DNA of 64,000 nucleotides from Roseibium sp. (GTDB lineage Bacteria; Pseudomonadota; Alphaproteobacteria; Rhizobiales; Stappiaceae): NCBI RefSeq assembly GCF_965233565.1, contig NZ_OZ247494.1, positions 4,011,246 to 4,075,245 of the forward strand, read 5' to 3'. Shown piece by piece: positions 63,717 to 64,000 of this stretch (position 1 is its first letter; each line of letters starts with the position of its first letter). The notes under the pieces were generated by a model. It saw only the letters and a program-made list of their open reading frames with translations, ran no database searches and was not told where the DNA came from. The position numbers and the translations under genes were made by a program.

Positions 63717-63845
63717 GGATCCTTCGAGACACCCGGCTTTGCCGGGCTCCTCAGGATGAGGCACTGGAAGTGGCAGGGTCAAGGAGGGCTGCCACACAAA
63801 CGGCCTCATCCTGAGGAGCCGCGTGAGCGGCGTCTCGAAGGATCC
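63717..63845. repeat. Inverted dimer of an alphaproteobacterial REP-like palindromic element
   Basis: GGATCCTTCGAGAC...CTCCTCAGGATGAGG (63717-63761) and CCTCATCCTGAGGAG...GTCTCGAAGGATCC (63804-63845) are reverse complements, each with a variable internal hairpin. Confidence 0.8.
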
Positions 63846-63939
63846 GCCGCACGGGAGCTGAACAGGCGGCGCTGCGATGGCCGAATACAAATTGGGCGGG
63901 CCAGAGGACCCGCCTTTGAATGCAGAAACGCCGGAGACC

Positions 63940-64000
63940 TTATGCCGGCCGGTGGGCGTCGTACTGGCCGTGCTCGCGGTACCGGTCCAGATAGGTCGGC
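63940..64000 (-). CDS. Possible 3' end of an unidentified gene entering from beyond the window
   Basis: The minus-strand frame reads ...PTYLDRYREHGQYDAHRPA* with GC3-rich codons; too short to identify. Confidence 0.3.
   Translation of the reverse strand, partial: PTYLDRYREHGQYDAHRPA

Overview
GC-rich alphaproteobacterial chromosomal window; gene content and order suggest Hyphomicrobiales, Roseibium/Labrenzia-like (inference). From left to right: (1) a partial minus-strand RTX protein that is missing from the ORF track; (2) a cobalamin riboswitch controlling a five-gene ECF-type cobalt uptake operon; (3) a GNAT and a decayed IS3-family remnant; (4) a 21.3-kb gene for a 7,103-aa RTX/cadherin-like secreted protein, with a low-GC hydrophobic N-terminal module, three internal DNA repeat arrays and four copies of a domain I cannot name, ending next to the 3' end of tRNA-Ser(CGA); (5) the core rplU-rpmA-obgE-proB-proA-nadD-rsfS-rlmH-envC-ctpA-rppH region, with four tandem RimJ/RimL-type GNATs inserted after rpmA; (6) a two-subunit NAD-dependent formate dehydrogenase; (7) three tandem paralogous ~710-aa exported proteins of unknown function with duplicated leaders and terminators; (8) queG-fzlA-uppP; (9) a low-GC two-TM orphan downstream of a WYL regulator that is divergent from a DUF1127 gene; (10) an MFS transporter and an inverted REP-like dimer. 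The best candidates for undescribed biology are the giant RTX protein (its N-terminal module and its 4x SPRY/lectin-like domain), the three-paralog exported-protein array, the WYL/low-GC membrane-orphan locus and the four-GNAT array. All family assignments come from motif recognition by eye; no searches were run.
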